A stretch of 64,000 nucleotides of DNA from an uncultured Clostridia bacterium (GCA_963558395.1 CAUWGE010000002.1:899-64898), one strand, 5' to 3'. Counted from the stretch's first letter, positions 39,814-49,145 are shown. Translations and numbers: made by a program. The notes: a model not told the origin generated them from the letters alone.

Positions 39814-40680
39814 TTAATTTTCTTCCTCTTGAGCTCTTTTTCTAAAACTATAAACATTAGCTTTATTCTTGCATTGTGGTGTATCATATTCTGCCTTTGA
39901 GTTTTTAGGTATAAAAGCTTTATGGCAAAATTTACAAATCTTAAGCATAATCGTATCTTGTGATAAATTTACTAAAAAATTCAAATCTATTGCTTGTTTT
40001 AAATAACCATAAACTAAACCTATTTCATTATTATGCAAGCTATCTATATTAGTATAAAGATTATTTATTGCTATAAGTGGAGAATAATTCATTAAGTGAC
40101 GTTCTTCTACAAAGTGAACTAAATGTTCATAAAGAATTTTTGCATATTGTAAAATCATATCAACAGGTTCTCCATAGTTTTTAGAGAAAATTAAAAATTC
40201 ATTTAGCTCTGGTGTAAGATATTTTTCCATAATTCTAGGAGATATATCTTTTCTACATTTTGCAATAAGTTCTTTAATTTGATTACTATTTAGTTTTGGC
40301 ATAAAGAAATTTAAGTATTCTTCTAATTTCATATTTGTTATATGATCTTCGTAATTAATTAAATTATAATCTCTTAAAGCAACAGTATCATCTAACACAT
40401 AATATCTATTAACTGGAAAATCAGCCATAAATCCAAATAAGCCATAGTTTCGTACATAATCTAAAATTTCTATATCTTCAACTTCTTCATTGTAATATAC
40501 TTTTTTTCCAATATTTAAAATATCTATTAAATATCTATCTATCCAATCAGAAAAAGTTGAAGCATGATTTTTAGCTCCTTTTTCTGGTAGAACATATCTT
40601 TTTCCGTTTATTTCTTCGATTACATATCTGTCAAAAGCTAGGCAGAAACGTTGATTTTCTATATAAAAATTAGCTTTCAT
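39814..40680 (-). CDS. hypothetical protein with a C-terminal CxxC…C zinc-finger-like tail
   Basis: 288 aa with no recognisable domain. C-terminus CKFCHKAFIPKNSKAEYDTPQCKNK. Stop lies 22 bp before the AlbA_2-like gene. Confidence 0.4.
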   Translation of the reverse strand: MKANFYIENQRFCLAFDRYVIEEINGKRYVLPEKGAKNHASTFSDWIDRYLIDILNIGKKVYYNEEVEDIEILDYVRNYGLFGFMADFPVNRYYVLDDTVALRDYNLINYEDHITNMKLEEYLNFFMPKLNSNQIKELIAKCRKDISPRIMEKYLTPELNEFLIFSKNYGEPVDMILQYAKILYEHLVHFVEERHLMNYSPLIAINNLYTNIDSLHNNEIGLVYGYLKQAIDLNFLVNLSQDTIMLKICKFCHKAFIPKNSKAEYDTPQCKNKANVYSFRKRAQEEEN

Positions 40681-40723
40681 TTTCCACTCCTAAAAAATAT
40701 TTAAATTTTTCGTTGTAATCACT

Positions 40724-40751
40724 TGACAAATTATAAAGATTACGTTATAAT
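40724..40751 (+). promoter_or_regulatory. consensus sigma-A promoter (TTGACA-17-TATAAT) flanked by an inverted repeat, driving the xis-int leader
   Basis: TTGACA at 40723-40728, a 17-nt spacer, TATAAT at 40746-40751. GTAATCACTTG (40715) and CAAGTAATTAC (40762) flank it. Confidence 0.5.
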
Positions 40752-40834
40752 CTGATAAAATCAAGTAATTACTTGTTGATATATATAGATTACAATAATT
40801 ACTTTAAAAAGTCAATAGAATTACCCAAAATTCT

Positions 40835-41040
40835 TTAAATAGCACATTGAAAATTGAATATTTCAGTTGTTAGATACAGCATAATGAGACACTTGCATAG
40901 CCTTAACTCATCGTATAGGGTGCAACTCGGACGGAGTCGGAGTGGTGAAATTCCAGTGGAGTAATGTAAATTACCATCTAATAATTCCCAGATGATGAGG
41001 GACAAGGAAAATATCATCATAAATAAAGCACGAAAGGAGA
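40835..41040 (+). other. GC-enriched, hairpin-rich ~200-nt leader between the promoter and xis (possible regulatory RNA)
   Basis: Local GC clearly above the surroundings (…GGGTGCAACTCGGACGGAGTCGGAGTGGTGAAATTCCAGTGG…). GATGATGA…TCATCATC hairpin. The 61-aa ORF here looks spurious. Confidence 0.2.
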
Positions 41041-41047
41041 AAAACTT

Positions 41048-41242
41048 ATGGAAAACGAAATCAAATTTTATACTACAGCAGATGTAAGAAGAATATTAGG
41101 AATAGGAAATAAAACATGTTTAGACTTATTCCATCGTTCTGATTTTCCTTGCATTAAAGTCGGAAAATCATTTAAAGTTGCTGTAAGTTCATTTAATGAA
41201 TACGTAAGTACACGTAGAGTTTTAAGTGAAGTAAATGAGTAA
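41048..41242 (+). CDS. xis: excisionase/HTH_17 DNA-binding protein
   Basis: A 64-aa helix-turn-helix protein (TTADVRRILGIGNKTCLDLF) just upstream of the integrase. Confidence 0.65.
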   Translation: MENEIKFYTTADVRRILGIGNKTCLDLFHRSDFPCIKVGKSFKVAVSSFNEYVSTRRVLSEVNE

Positions 41243-41414
41243 GATTACAACAGATAAAAAAAGAAGATTTAAATATGCGACATTTAAACCTTCAAACTAC
41301 TATTTTAAATCGAATACAAGAAAACTCTTGTTATAGTATTGAAATAATTATACACAAAAAATCAAAATATATCAAGAGTTTTCCTTAAATTTAACAAGAA
41401 AGGAAAGCAAAGAA

Positions 41415-42809
41415 ATGAATAAAGTAAAAGGAATTACAGTAGGAACGTATTTAACGAAAACAATTAAAAATTCAAAAAATAAAGGTTTATCTAGCAAAGA
41501 AATTTGTAACAATTGTAAGATGAAAGATAAATGTAAATATAGACAAATAACAAAATTTGAGAATGGAAAAGTTATTGATAATAATGTAGAATGTGATTCT
41601 TTCTATTTTTCTATAACACCAAAGGCGATAGTAACAACAGGTAGAGATACAGTTACAGGAAAAAGAACTACTAAAACATTTGTAGGAAAGAATGAGAAAG
41701 AAGCATTTAATAAAGCATTGTCATTCCAAATTGAAATGGAAGAAAATCAAGAATTTAGAATAATTACTAAAAGTAATAAAACAATAATTGATCTTGTAAA
41801 AAATAAAATTGAAGAAGATTATAAATTAGGCAAGATAATTAAAGCAACACATAAAAGAAAATCAGATACAGTAAAGAAACTAGCTAAAGAGAAATTTACT
41901 AACAAACCTATTTCAAAAGTTACAAGAGATGAAGTAGTTAAATATTTAGAGAGTTTGAAAACCTATTCTAAAAGTACAATAAAACAAAATTATGAACTAT
42001 TATGTATGGCATTTGGACAAGCAAAATATGAAAATATCATAACAGATAATTTTATGGAAGGCTATAATCGAGTTGAAAAGCCAAAAAGTGAATATAAAAG
42101 TCATCATAGAGTTTCACTAACAGTTGATGAGCAAAAGAAACTGGTTGATTACTTAAATAATGCAAGTTATAAAGAATGTCGACACAAATATATTTTGTTA
42201 CTATTATTGAGTACAGGAATGAGAATAGGAGAGGCTTTAGTTTTAGATTATGATAAAGATATAGATTTAGAAAACAGAAAAATCTATATTAGAAGAACTC
42301 AAACAAAAGATAATAATGGCAAAGCAATTATAGGAAATACTACAAAAACAAATACAGGTAAAAGAATTTTGAATATGAATAATATAATTTATCAAATTAT
42401 TCAAGGTACTTTAGAACATAAGGTTGATAATAAAGAACATTTATTATTTTGCAAAGAAGATAGAACAATGTATGTAGAAAATTCTATAAATAGCAGTCTA
42501 AAAAGAATTGCATTAGATTTGAATATTGGAATCTATGAAGAAGAAAATACAAAAGGAAAATTAGTTAAAAAGACTGATATTCATACCCATATGTTAAGAG
42601 GAACATTTGCAACTAGATGTGCAGAGGCTAAAATTGCTCCAGCAGTTCTAAAAAAGATATTAGGTCATACTGATATTACTGTCACAATGAAATACTACGT
42701 TGATGTAGATGTTGAATTTGAAAAGGCAGAAAATAAAAATGTTGAAGATTATTTAATAGATAAAGAGATATTTAATATAGATACAGATTATGATTATGAC
42801 TATGATTAA
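41415..42809 (+). CDS. int: tyrosine-type site-specific integrase
   Basis: Catalytic-domain motifs LLLSTGMRIGEALVL, HTHMLRGTFATR and ILGHTDITVTMKYY (R…HxxR…Y). Next to the right-hand direct repeat. Confidence 0.85.
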   Translation: MNKVKGITVGTYLTKTIKNSKNKGLSSKEICNNCKMKDKCKYRQITKFENGKVIDNNVECDSFYFSITPKAIVTTGRDTVTGKRTTKTFVGKNEKEAFNKALSFQIEMEENQEFRIITKSNKTIIDLVKNKIEEDYKLGKIIKATHKRKSDTVKKLAKEKFTNKPISKVTRDEVVKYLESLKTYSKSTIKQNYELLCMAFGQAKYENIITDNFMEGYNRVEKPKSEYKSHHRVSLTVDEQKKLVDYLNNASYKECRHKYILLLLLSTGMRIGEALVLDYDKDIDLENRKIYIRRTQTKDNNGKAIIGNTTKTNTGKRILNMNNIIYQIIQGTLEHKVDNKEHLLFCKEDRTMYVENSINSSLKRIALDLNIGIYEEENTKGKLVKKTDIHTHMLRGTFATRCAEAKIAPAVLKKILGHTDITVTMKYYVDVDVEFEKAENKNVEDYLIDKEIFNIDTDYDYDYD

Positions 42810-42822
42810 AAACACAAAAGAG

Positions 42823-42890
42823 AAACCTTGAAACCTTACTAAAATTTATCAGAATTAATTTTATTAAAGTTTCAAGGAAAAGTTTCAAAG
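42823..42890. repeat. right-end copies of the GTTTCAAGGAAAA motif (two direct, one inverted)
   Basis: aaaccttgaaacctt (inverted copy) and AGTTTCAAGGAAAAGTTTCAAAG. Shares a 15-mer with the left end. Confidence 0.5.
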
Positions 42891-43003
42891 TAAAAAACAA
42901 GACTTTAAAATACTTGATAAATAAAGAAAAATAGCAATTGGCTAGAGTACCTCACCTCGACCATATTTATAGGAAGTCCAACCTTAAATAGGGACATTAA
43001 AGA

Positions 43004-43036
43004 AAAGACTTGGGCAAATTCCAAGTCTTTTTTCTA
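43004..43036 (+). terminator. rho-independent terminator just outside the right-hand direct repeat
   Basis: AGACTTGG-gcaaatt-CCAAGTCTTTTTTCT. Confidence 0.6.
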
Positions 43037-43055
43037 TAAAAAAGAGGTAATTGTT

Positions 43056-43745
43056 ATGAAAATTTTAGAATTCATTTTAAGTAATAGGGACTATTTAGAA
43101 GATTTAATTACAAGAAGTACTTATCATTCAAATGCTATTGAAGGAAGTACACTTACTTATGCTGAAACATATGCTATTCTTTATAATGACAATAGCTTTA
43201 AAATTGAAGGAAAAGAGCCAAGAGAAATATATGAGGCTATTAATCATAAAAAGGCTTTAGAATTAGCTTTTAAAAAATTACAAAATAATGAAGAATTTGA
43301 TGAAAGATTTATAAAGAATTTAAATGAAACTATAAATAGAGATATTAAAGATGCAGAAGGTTATAGGACTGTACAAGTATTTATACGAGGTAGTGAACAT
43401 ATTCCACCACAACCTGAAAAAGTACCAAATTTAATGATGTATTATATATATAATTATAATCATGATGAGCAAGATATATTCAATAAAATTGCTAGATATC
43501 ATATTGAATTTGAAAAAATACATCCTTTTGAAGATGGAAATGGAAGAACAGGAAGATTACTTATAAATTATGAATTGTTGAAAAATGATTTACCACCTAT
43601 TGTTATAGCAAAAGAAGATAGAATAAAATATTTTGAATTTTTAAGAAATACTGAAGTCAATGGATTAGCCGAATGGCTAAAAGAATTACCCGATAGAGAA
43701 TCGGAGAGAATGGAGAAGTTTGGATATAAAGTTAACTTAGTTTAA
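43056..43745 (+). CDS. Fic/DOC family protein, class II (intramolecular inhibitory motif)
   Basis: Fic motif HPFEDGNGRTGR. N-terminal SNAIEG matches the (S/T)xxxE(G/N) auto-inhibitory motif. RBS AAGAGG. Confidence 0.8.
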   Translation: MKILEFILSNRDYLEDLITRSTYHSNAIEGSTLTYAETYAILYNDNSFKIEGKEPREIYEAINHKKALELAFKKLQNNEEFDERFIKNLNETINRDIKDAEGYRTVQVFIRGSEHIPPQPEKVPNLMMYYIYNYNHDEQDIFNKIARYHIEFEKIHPFEDGNGRTGRLLINYELLKNDLPPIVIAKEDRIKYFEFLRNTEVNGLAEWLKELPDRESERMEKFGYKVNLV

Positions 43746-43860
43746 AATAATGTTTAAAATGTAGAAAAGTTAACATATTTATGAAAAATATAAAAATGGA
43801 GCGGAAAAATTAGTAAAATTCTTCTGCTCCATTTTTTATAAAGGTTGCTATACTATAAAT

Positions 43861-45510
43861 CTACTTTGTACCCCTTGCAATAATCTGATTATGAGGGCTA
43901 TAAGTATCTTTAGAAAGAAGTGTTCTTGAAACTTCTTTTCCATTTAGTTTTAAAACCTTATAAGCTACTGATGTAGAACCATTAGAACCAGCTTGAACAA
44001 CTTTAGTTTTTCCTTTTGCAAGAGAAGAATCAGTTGTATATACAGTAGAATACTTTACAGTTCCAGTTTTATAAGAAATAAGTTCAACATCATATTCAAC
44101 ATCTTCTTTGCAGCCATAAACGCTAATATATAATTTTTTATTAGAAGTTTTGGCAACTAATTTTATAGGATATTTTCTGCTATTTTTAAACTTAAAATCT
44201 GGTGCACCCCAAGATACAGTTGCATCTAATCCAATAGGAACATATCCCACAGTAAACATATGATTTACTCTATTTACAATATCTAAATTGGCTTTTAAAA
44301 CAGCATTGTATAATGTACTAGATACCTGGCAAATTCCTCCGCCATAGTCACTTGATGTAGTACCATTTGCATATACACCAGCTATTTTAAAACCAGCTTG
44401 TGGAGTACGTTTTCCAACAGTTCCATTAAAAGAAAATACTTCTCCAGGCATAAGCACAGTACCATTTATTTTAGAAGCAGCTAAAGCAATATTTGTAGAA
44501 CGATTTGCACTACTTGTAGAGTAGTTTGTAGAATAAGAAGCTAGTAAATCTGGAAAAGCTTCCATTCCTAAATCATCAGTCGTAACTTTAGGATAAAGTG
44601 TTTTTAATGGAATTGTACAAGTATCTACATTATTTGCTGCTATATTTTTAGCTTCATCCATTGAAATATTAAAATCTAAACCGGTTTCAGAAGAAAATAC
44701 AGCAAATGGATTTTGTGTATAATATGCATCTTTAGGCTCTTTATAAATTTCAGAATGAATCTTTTCTATGTTAATAGGTTCAGCATCTTTGGTATCTAGT
44801 GGAAGAGGTATTGAATCGGTAGAGAAAGCATTAGCTGTCATTTTATCAATAATTAAATTTTTTAATTCCTCTTTTTTTACTACATATCCAGATTTTCCAG
44901 CTGTAATAATTAAATTATTTCCTTCAATAGCATAAGATGCCTCTGTTAATCTTCCATCTAAAGTTGCATTAATTTGGTCTGTAATTGCATTAAGTGAATC
45001 CAAACTATATAAAAACTCTGGATTTATATTCTTCTTTTGTAGTAAAGAAGTTAATATATCAAAATTATTTTTGAATATATGACCAGTCCTACCAATTGAG
45101 TAAGCCTTAGAAATAGAATCATCTATATTATAAGAACAACCTAATTCAGCTGGTAAAGCATTAAAAATTTGTTCATTATTACTGAAAACTAAATTAGTAT
45201 TTAAGCGTTCATTTAATAAACTAGAAACTTTCTCTTTAGCTTCATCTTTAGTAAGATTAGATACATCTATTCCTAAAATTGATATTCCAGAAATTATTTT
45301 ATTACTATTCATATTTAAAATTGCAAAAATAGTTGAAAATATTGTTAAAAGAATTATAAAAACAATTAAACAAATAATTATAATAATTGATTTTTTACTT
45401 TTGGGTCTATTTTCTTTTGGGCTACTATTTTTTATAATCTGTTCAGCTTCTTTTAGCATTTGAGTAGCTTGGACAGAAGGGTCATTAGAGTTAAAAAGTA
45501 TCGCGTTCAT
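43861..45510 (-). CDS. VanW family protein (membrane-anchored; function unknown)
   Basis: N-terminal TM anchor. Conserved VanW core …GGGICQVSSTLYNAVLKANLDIV…. Confidence 0.7.
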   Translation of the reverse strand: MNAILFNSNDPSVQATQMLKEAEQIIKNSSPKENRPKSKKSIIIIICLIVFIILLTIFSTIFAILNMNSNKIISGISILGIDVSNLTKDEAKEKVSSLLNERLNTNLVFSNNEQIFNALPAELGCSYNIDDSISKAYSIGRTGHIFKNNFDILTSLLQKKNINPEFLYSLDSLNAITDQINATLDGRLTEASYAIEGNNLIITAGKSGYVVKKEELKNLIIDKMTANAFSTDSIPLPLDTKDAEPINIEKIHSEIYKEPKDAYYTQNPFAVFSSETGLDFNISMDEAKNIAANNVDTCTIPLKTLYPKVTTDDLGMEAFPDLLASYSTNYSTSSANRSTNIALAASKINGTVLMPGEVFSFNGTVGKRTPQAGFKIAGVYANGTTSSDYGGGICQVSSTLYNAVLKANLDIVNRVNHMFTVGYVPIGLDATVSWGAPDFKFKNSRKYPIKLVAKTSNKKLYISVYGCKEDVEYDVELISYKTGTVKYSTVYTTDSSLAKGKTKVVQAGSNGSTSVAYKVLKLNGKEVSRTLLSKDTYSPHNQIIARGTK

Positions 45511-45642
45511 AAAATCTCTCCTAAAATCTTCTATATTATATTAAACAATAAATAAAAATATTTGTAAATATAAAATTGTATTTTTTACTTTATTTTTTGA
45601 TATACTATTGATATAATATGAGAAAAGTTTTAGGGAGGTTAT

Positions 45643-47028
45643 ATGGAAGAGTTATTAAGAAATAGAAAATCAGGATGGGAAGAAATTTCAGAAGAAGAAA
45701 AAGAAAAGATATTTAAATTTACAGACGAGTATATTGAGTTTATGAATTCTGCAAAAACAGAAAGAGAGATAGTTAAAAAAACAGAAGAAATAGTAAGAAA
45801 AAATGGGTTCAAATCTTTGGAAGAATATTCTGAATTATATCCAGGAGATAAGGTATATTATATAAATAGAGAAAAAAATATTTATATAGCAGTAATAGGA
45901 GAAGAGAACTTAGAAGGTGGCATAAACATTGTAGGGGCACATGCAGATTCACCTAGATTAGATTTAAAACCAAATCCATTATATCAAGATGGAAACTTGG
46001 CATATTTAAAAACACATTATTATGGAGGAATAAAGAAATATCAATGGACAGCAATTCCACTTGCAATTCATGGAGTTATAGTAAAAGGAAATGGAGAGAA
46101 AGTATATATTTCACTAGGTGAAAACGATGATGAACCAGTGTTTACAATTACCGATTTATTACCTCATTTAGCTAAAGAACAGCAACAAAAGAAAGTGTCA
46201 GAAGCAATTAATGCAGAGAATTTATCTTTATTGATAGGAAGTATTCCAAGCAAAGATGATAAAGATTCAAAAGATAGAGTAAGAGACAATATTTTAAGAT
46301 TATTAAATAGAAAATATGGTATTACAGAAGAAGACTTTGTAAGCAGTGAACTAGAAGTAGTACCAGCATTTAAAGCTAGGACACTTGGGCTAGATGAAAG
46401 CTTAATTAGTGCATATGGACAAGATGATAAAGTATGTGTATATACATCTTTAAGAGCAATACTAAATATAGAGAAACCTAAAAAAACAGCAGTATGCTTA
46501 TTTTCAGATAAAGAAGAAATCGGAAGCATGGGAAACACTGGAATGGAATCACATGTATTTGACACATTTATATCAGAATTACTTAACAAAACAAGAATTA
46601 ATAGACCAAACTTGCTTGACAAAGTATTTTGTAATTCAAAAATGTTATCAGCAGATGTTGATGCTGGTGTGGACCCATTATATATTTCTGTTTCAGATAC
46701 AAATAATGCGGGATTTTTAGGATTAGGAGTAAGCTTAAACAAATATACAGGTTCTGGTGGTAAATATAATGCTTCTGATGCAAACGCAGAATATGTGGGA
46801 GAAATAAGAAGAGTATTTAAGAAAAATGGCATTAGATATCAAGTTGCAGAGCTTGGCAAGACAGATGTTGGAGGAGGAGGAACAATAGCATATATTTTAG
46901 CAAATAAAGGAGTAGATGTTATTGACTGTGGAGTACCGGTTCTTTCTATGCATTCACCATATGAAGTTACTTGCAAATATGATATATATTATGCATATAA
47001 AGCATATGAGGCATTTTTTAATATGTAA
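45643..47028 (+). CDS. M18 family aminopeptidase
   Basis: GAHADSPRLDLKPNP, the usual M18 Asp/His metal ligands and …PVLSMHSPYE…. RBS GGGAGG. Confidence 0.75.
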   Translation: MEELLRNRKSGWEEISEEEKEKIFKFTDEYIEFMNSAKTEREIVKKTEEIVRKNGFKSLEEYSELYPGDKVYYINREKNIYIAVIGEENLEGGINIVGAHADSPRLDLKPNPLYQDGNLAYLKTHYYGGIKKYQWTAIPLAIHGVIVKGNGEKVYISLGENDDEPVFTITDLLPHLAKEQQQKKVSEAINAENLSLLIGSIPSKDDKDSKDRVRDNILRLLNRKYGITEEDFVSSELEVVPAFKARTLGLDESLISAYGQDDKVCVYTSLRAILNIEKPKKTAVCLFSDKEEIGSMGNTGMESHVFDTFISELLNKTRINRPNLLDKVFCNSKMLSADVDAGVDPLYISVSDTNNAGFLGLGVSLNKYTGSGGKYNASDANAEYVGEIRRVFKKNGIRYQVAELGKTDVGGGGTIAYILANKGVDVIDCGVPVLSMHSPYEVTCKYDIYYAYKAYEAFFNM

Positions 47029-47220
47029 TTACATTTTAAATTGAATCTGAACTATTAAACCAAAAAGTTTAGTAAGGCAGATTCTTTTTTTATGTGAATT
47101 TTATGTGAAAAGATGTAATATTTGTTGAAACGAAAAAAATATAATGATAAGATTGACTGGAAAATTGAGAAAGTGTTAGGAAAACACATGGTACAAAATG
47201 TTAATAAGGAGGAACGAAAA

Positions 47221-48444
47221 ATGTTGCAGGTAAAAAATGTAACAAAAAGGTATGGCAGCTTTTTAGCAGTTGACAACATTAGTTTTGAAATAAAAGACAA
47301 TGAAATTATAGGTTTTTTAGGCCCAAATGGTGCAGGAAAAAGTACAACAATGAATATGATAACAGGATACATAGAACCAACAAAGGGAAAAATTATAGTA
47401 AATGGAAAAGATATAGCAAAAGAGCCTAATAAAGTCAAAAAGCAAATTGGATATATGCCAGAAAGTGTTCCATTATATCAAGAACTTACTGTTAGAGAAT
47501 TTGTGAATTATATGGCAGATTTAAAATATGTAAAAAGAAAAGATAAAAAAGCAGAAGTAGATAAAGTTTTAAATCAAGTTGGAATAGATAAAGTACAAAA
47601 TAAGTTAATAAAAAAACTATCTAGAGGATATAAACAAAGAGTAAGTTTAGCAGGAGCACTTATTGGAAATCCGGAAATCTTAATTCTAGATGAGCCAACA
47701 GTAGGACTAGACCCAAAACAAATAACTGAAATAAGAGAGCTAATAAAGAGCTTGGGAAAAAAGCATACTGTAATTTTAAGTTCACACATTTTGTCTGAAG
47801 TAAGTCAAATTTGTGAAAAAGTAATAATTATAAATAAAGGAAAAATACTTGCAATAGATACGCCTAAAAATTTAGAGGAACAGTTTAAAGAAAAAAATAG
47901 CATATATGTAACTGTTGAGGATAAAGAAGAAAAACTAGAAAAAGTTACAAATAAAATTGCAGGAATAAAGGAAATAAGAAAAACAAGGGCAAACCCAAAT
48001 GGAAGCATAGAATATTTGTTAATTGCAGAAGATGGAGTAGACTTAAGAAAGGAAATTTTTGAATCATTCCCTAAAAACAATATTAATATAGTAGAATTAA
48101 AAAATGTAGAATCCACACTTGAGGATGCTTTCTTAAAACTAATTAATGATAAAGAAGAAGAAATTAAAACTCAAATTGAAGAAGAGGAAATTAAGAAGAA
48201 AAAAAGAGATGCCGAATTAGAAAAAATGAATAAAGAGGAAAGAAAAAAGGCTATAAAAGAAGACAAAAAGATAGAAAAACAAAGAAAAAAAGAAGCGTTT
48301 GATAAAGAATGGGAAGAGGATAAGAAATTAGCTAAAGAAGAGAAAGAAAGAGTAAAAGCAGAAAAGGATGAGCTTAAGGAAAAAAATAAAAAGATAAAAA
48401 AAGACAAGAAGGAAAAAACAAAAAAAGAAGGAGGTAAAAAATAA
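47221..48444 (+). CDS. ABC transporter ATP-binding protein (ABC-2/GldA-like) with a ~110-aa K/E-rich low-complexity tail
   Basis: Walker A GPNGAGKST, signature LSRGYKQR, Walker B LILDEPTVGLD. AAGGAGG precedes the ATG at 47221. The tail is KEEEIKTQIEEEEIKKKKRD…KKEGGKK. Confidence 0.8.
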   Translation: MLQVKNVTKRYGSFLAVDNISFEIKDNEIIGFLGPNGAGKSTTMNMITGYIEPTKGKIIVNGKDIAKEPNKVKKQIGYMPESVPLYQELTVREFVNYMADLKYVKRKDKKAEVDKVLNQVGIDKVQNKLIKKLSRGYKQRVSLAGALIGNPEILILDEPTVGLDPKQITEIRELIKSLGKKHTVILSSHILSEVSQICEKVIIINKGKILAIDTPKNLEEQFKEKNSIYVTVEDKEEKLEKVTNKIAGIKEIRKTRANPNGSIEYLLIAEDGVDLRKEIFESFPKNNINIVELKNVESTLEDAFLKLINDKEEEIKTQIEEEEIKKKKRDAELEKMNKEERKKAIKEDKKIEKQRKKEAFDKEWEEDKKLAKEEKERVKAEKDELKEKNKKIKKDKKEKTKKEGGKK

Positions 48445-49127
48445 TGTGGGCGATTATTAAAAAAGAATTTAAATCATATTTTCTATCTCCAATAGGATAT
48501 ATATATATAGGAATATTTTTGTTAATGTGTAGTGTGTTTTTTTATTTAGATGTATATTACTATTCAAGTACAGATTTTACATATATGTTTGGTTCAGTAG
48601 CTACAATACTTACATTTATAGTTCCGCTTATAACTATGAGAATGTTTTCGGAAGAAAGAAAAAATGGTACAGAGCAATTACTTTTAACATCTCCTAGAAG
48701 TATTTCATCAGTAGTAATTGGAAAATTTATTGCAGCAGCATTAGTAGTACTTGTATCAGTAGTATTTACTCTTATATACTATGGAATATTATGCTACTTT
48801 GGAGAGCCTCAATTAGGAAAATCATTAATAGCAATTTTGGGATTTGCACTTCTTGCAATTGCGTATATATCATTTGGAATGTTTGCATCAAGCTTAACAG
48901 AAAATCAAATAATTGCAGCTGTAATTTCAGTAGGATTCTTCTTATTATCATGGTTCTTGCCAAATTTCAGCAGCAGTTTTTCAGACTTCTCTTTAATGAA
49001 TGCATTTTATATGTCATTTATAAATGGAGCAATTTCAATACAAAATTTAGTACTATTAGTATCTTTTGCAGCATTATTTGTTATATTCACAATAATGGTA
49101 ATGCAAAGAAGAAAAAGTGTTAAATAA
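48444..49127 (+). CDS. ABC-2 family transporter permease
   Basis: Six TM helices. The start overlaps the ATPase stop (ATAATG). Confidence 0.7.
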   Translation: MWAIIKKEFKSYFLSPIGYIYIGIFLLMCSVFFYLDVYYYSSTDFTYMFGSVATILTFIVPLITMRMFSEERKNGTEQLLLTSPRSISSVVIGKFIAAALVVLVSVVFTLIYYGILCYFGEPQLGKSLIAILGFALLAIAYISFGMFASSLTENQIIAAVISVGFFLLSWFLPNFSSSFSDFSLMNAFYMSFINGAISIQNLVLLVSFAALFVIFTIMVMQRRKSVK

Positions 49128-49145
49128 TTGAAGGGAGAAGGTAGA

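Larger units (their letters stand above)
33051..42963. mobile_element. integrative mobilizable element (~9.9 kb) inserted at tRNA-Pro, carrying RepA_N, MobV, xis, int and cargo
   Basis: 12-bp direct repeat TCACCTCGACCA at 33051-33062 (tRNA 3' end) and 42952-42963. An integrase and excisionase lie at the right end, a replication initiator and relaxase at the left. A terminator-like hairpin lies just right of the repeat. Confidence 0.7.

Noticed and set aside
40880-40960. Cobalamin-riboswitch-like 'GGTGAAATTCC' motif in the leader
   Set aside because: I could not find the B12 box or the other conserved cobalamin-riboswitch elements, and a match to one short motif is not enough. Left as an unclassified structured leader.
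40835-41020. 61-aa minus-strand ORF in the xis leader region
   Set aside because: It has no RBS. It lies antisense to a promoter-driven leader, and its composition fits structured RNA better than coding sequence. I treat it as spurious.
43861-45510. VanW as evidence of a vancomycin-resistance locus
   Set aside because: VanW-domain proteins are widespread stand-alone genes in Clostridia with no van ligase or regulatory context. I treat it as a family name only.
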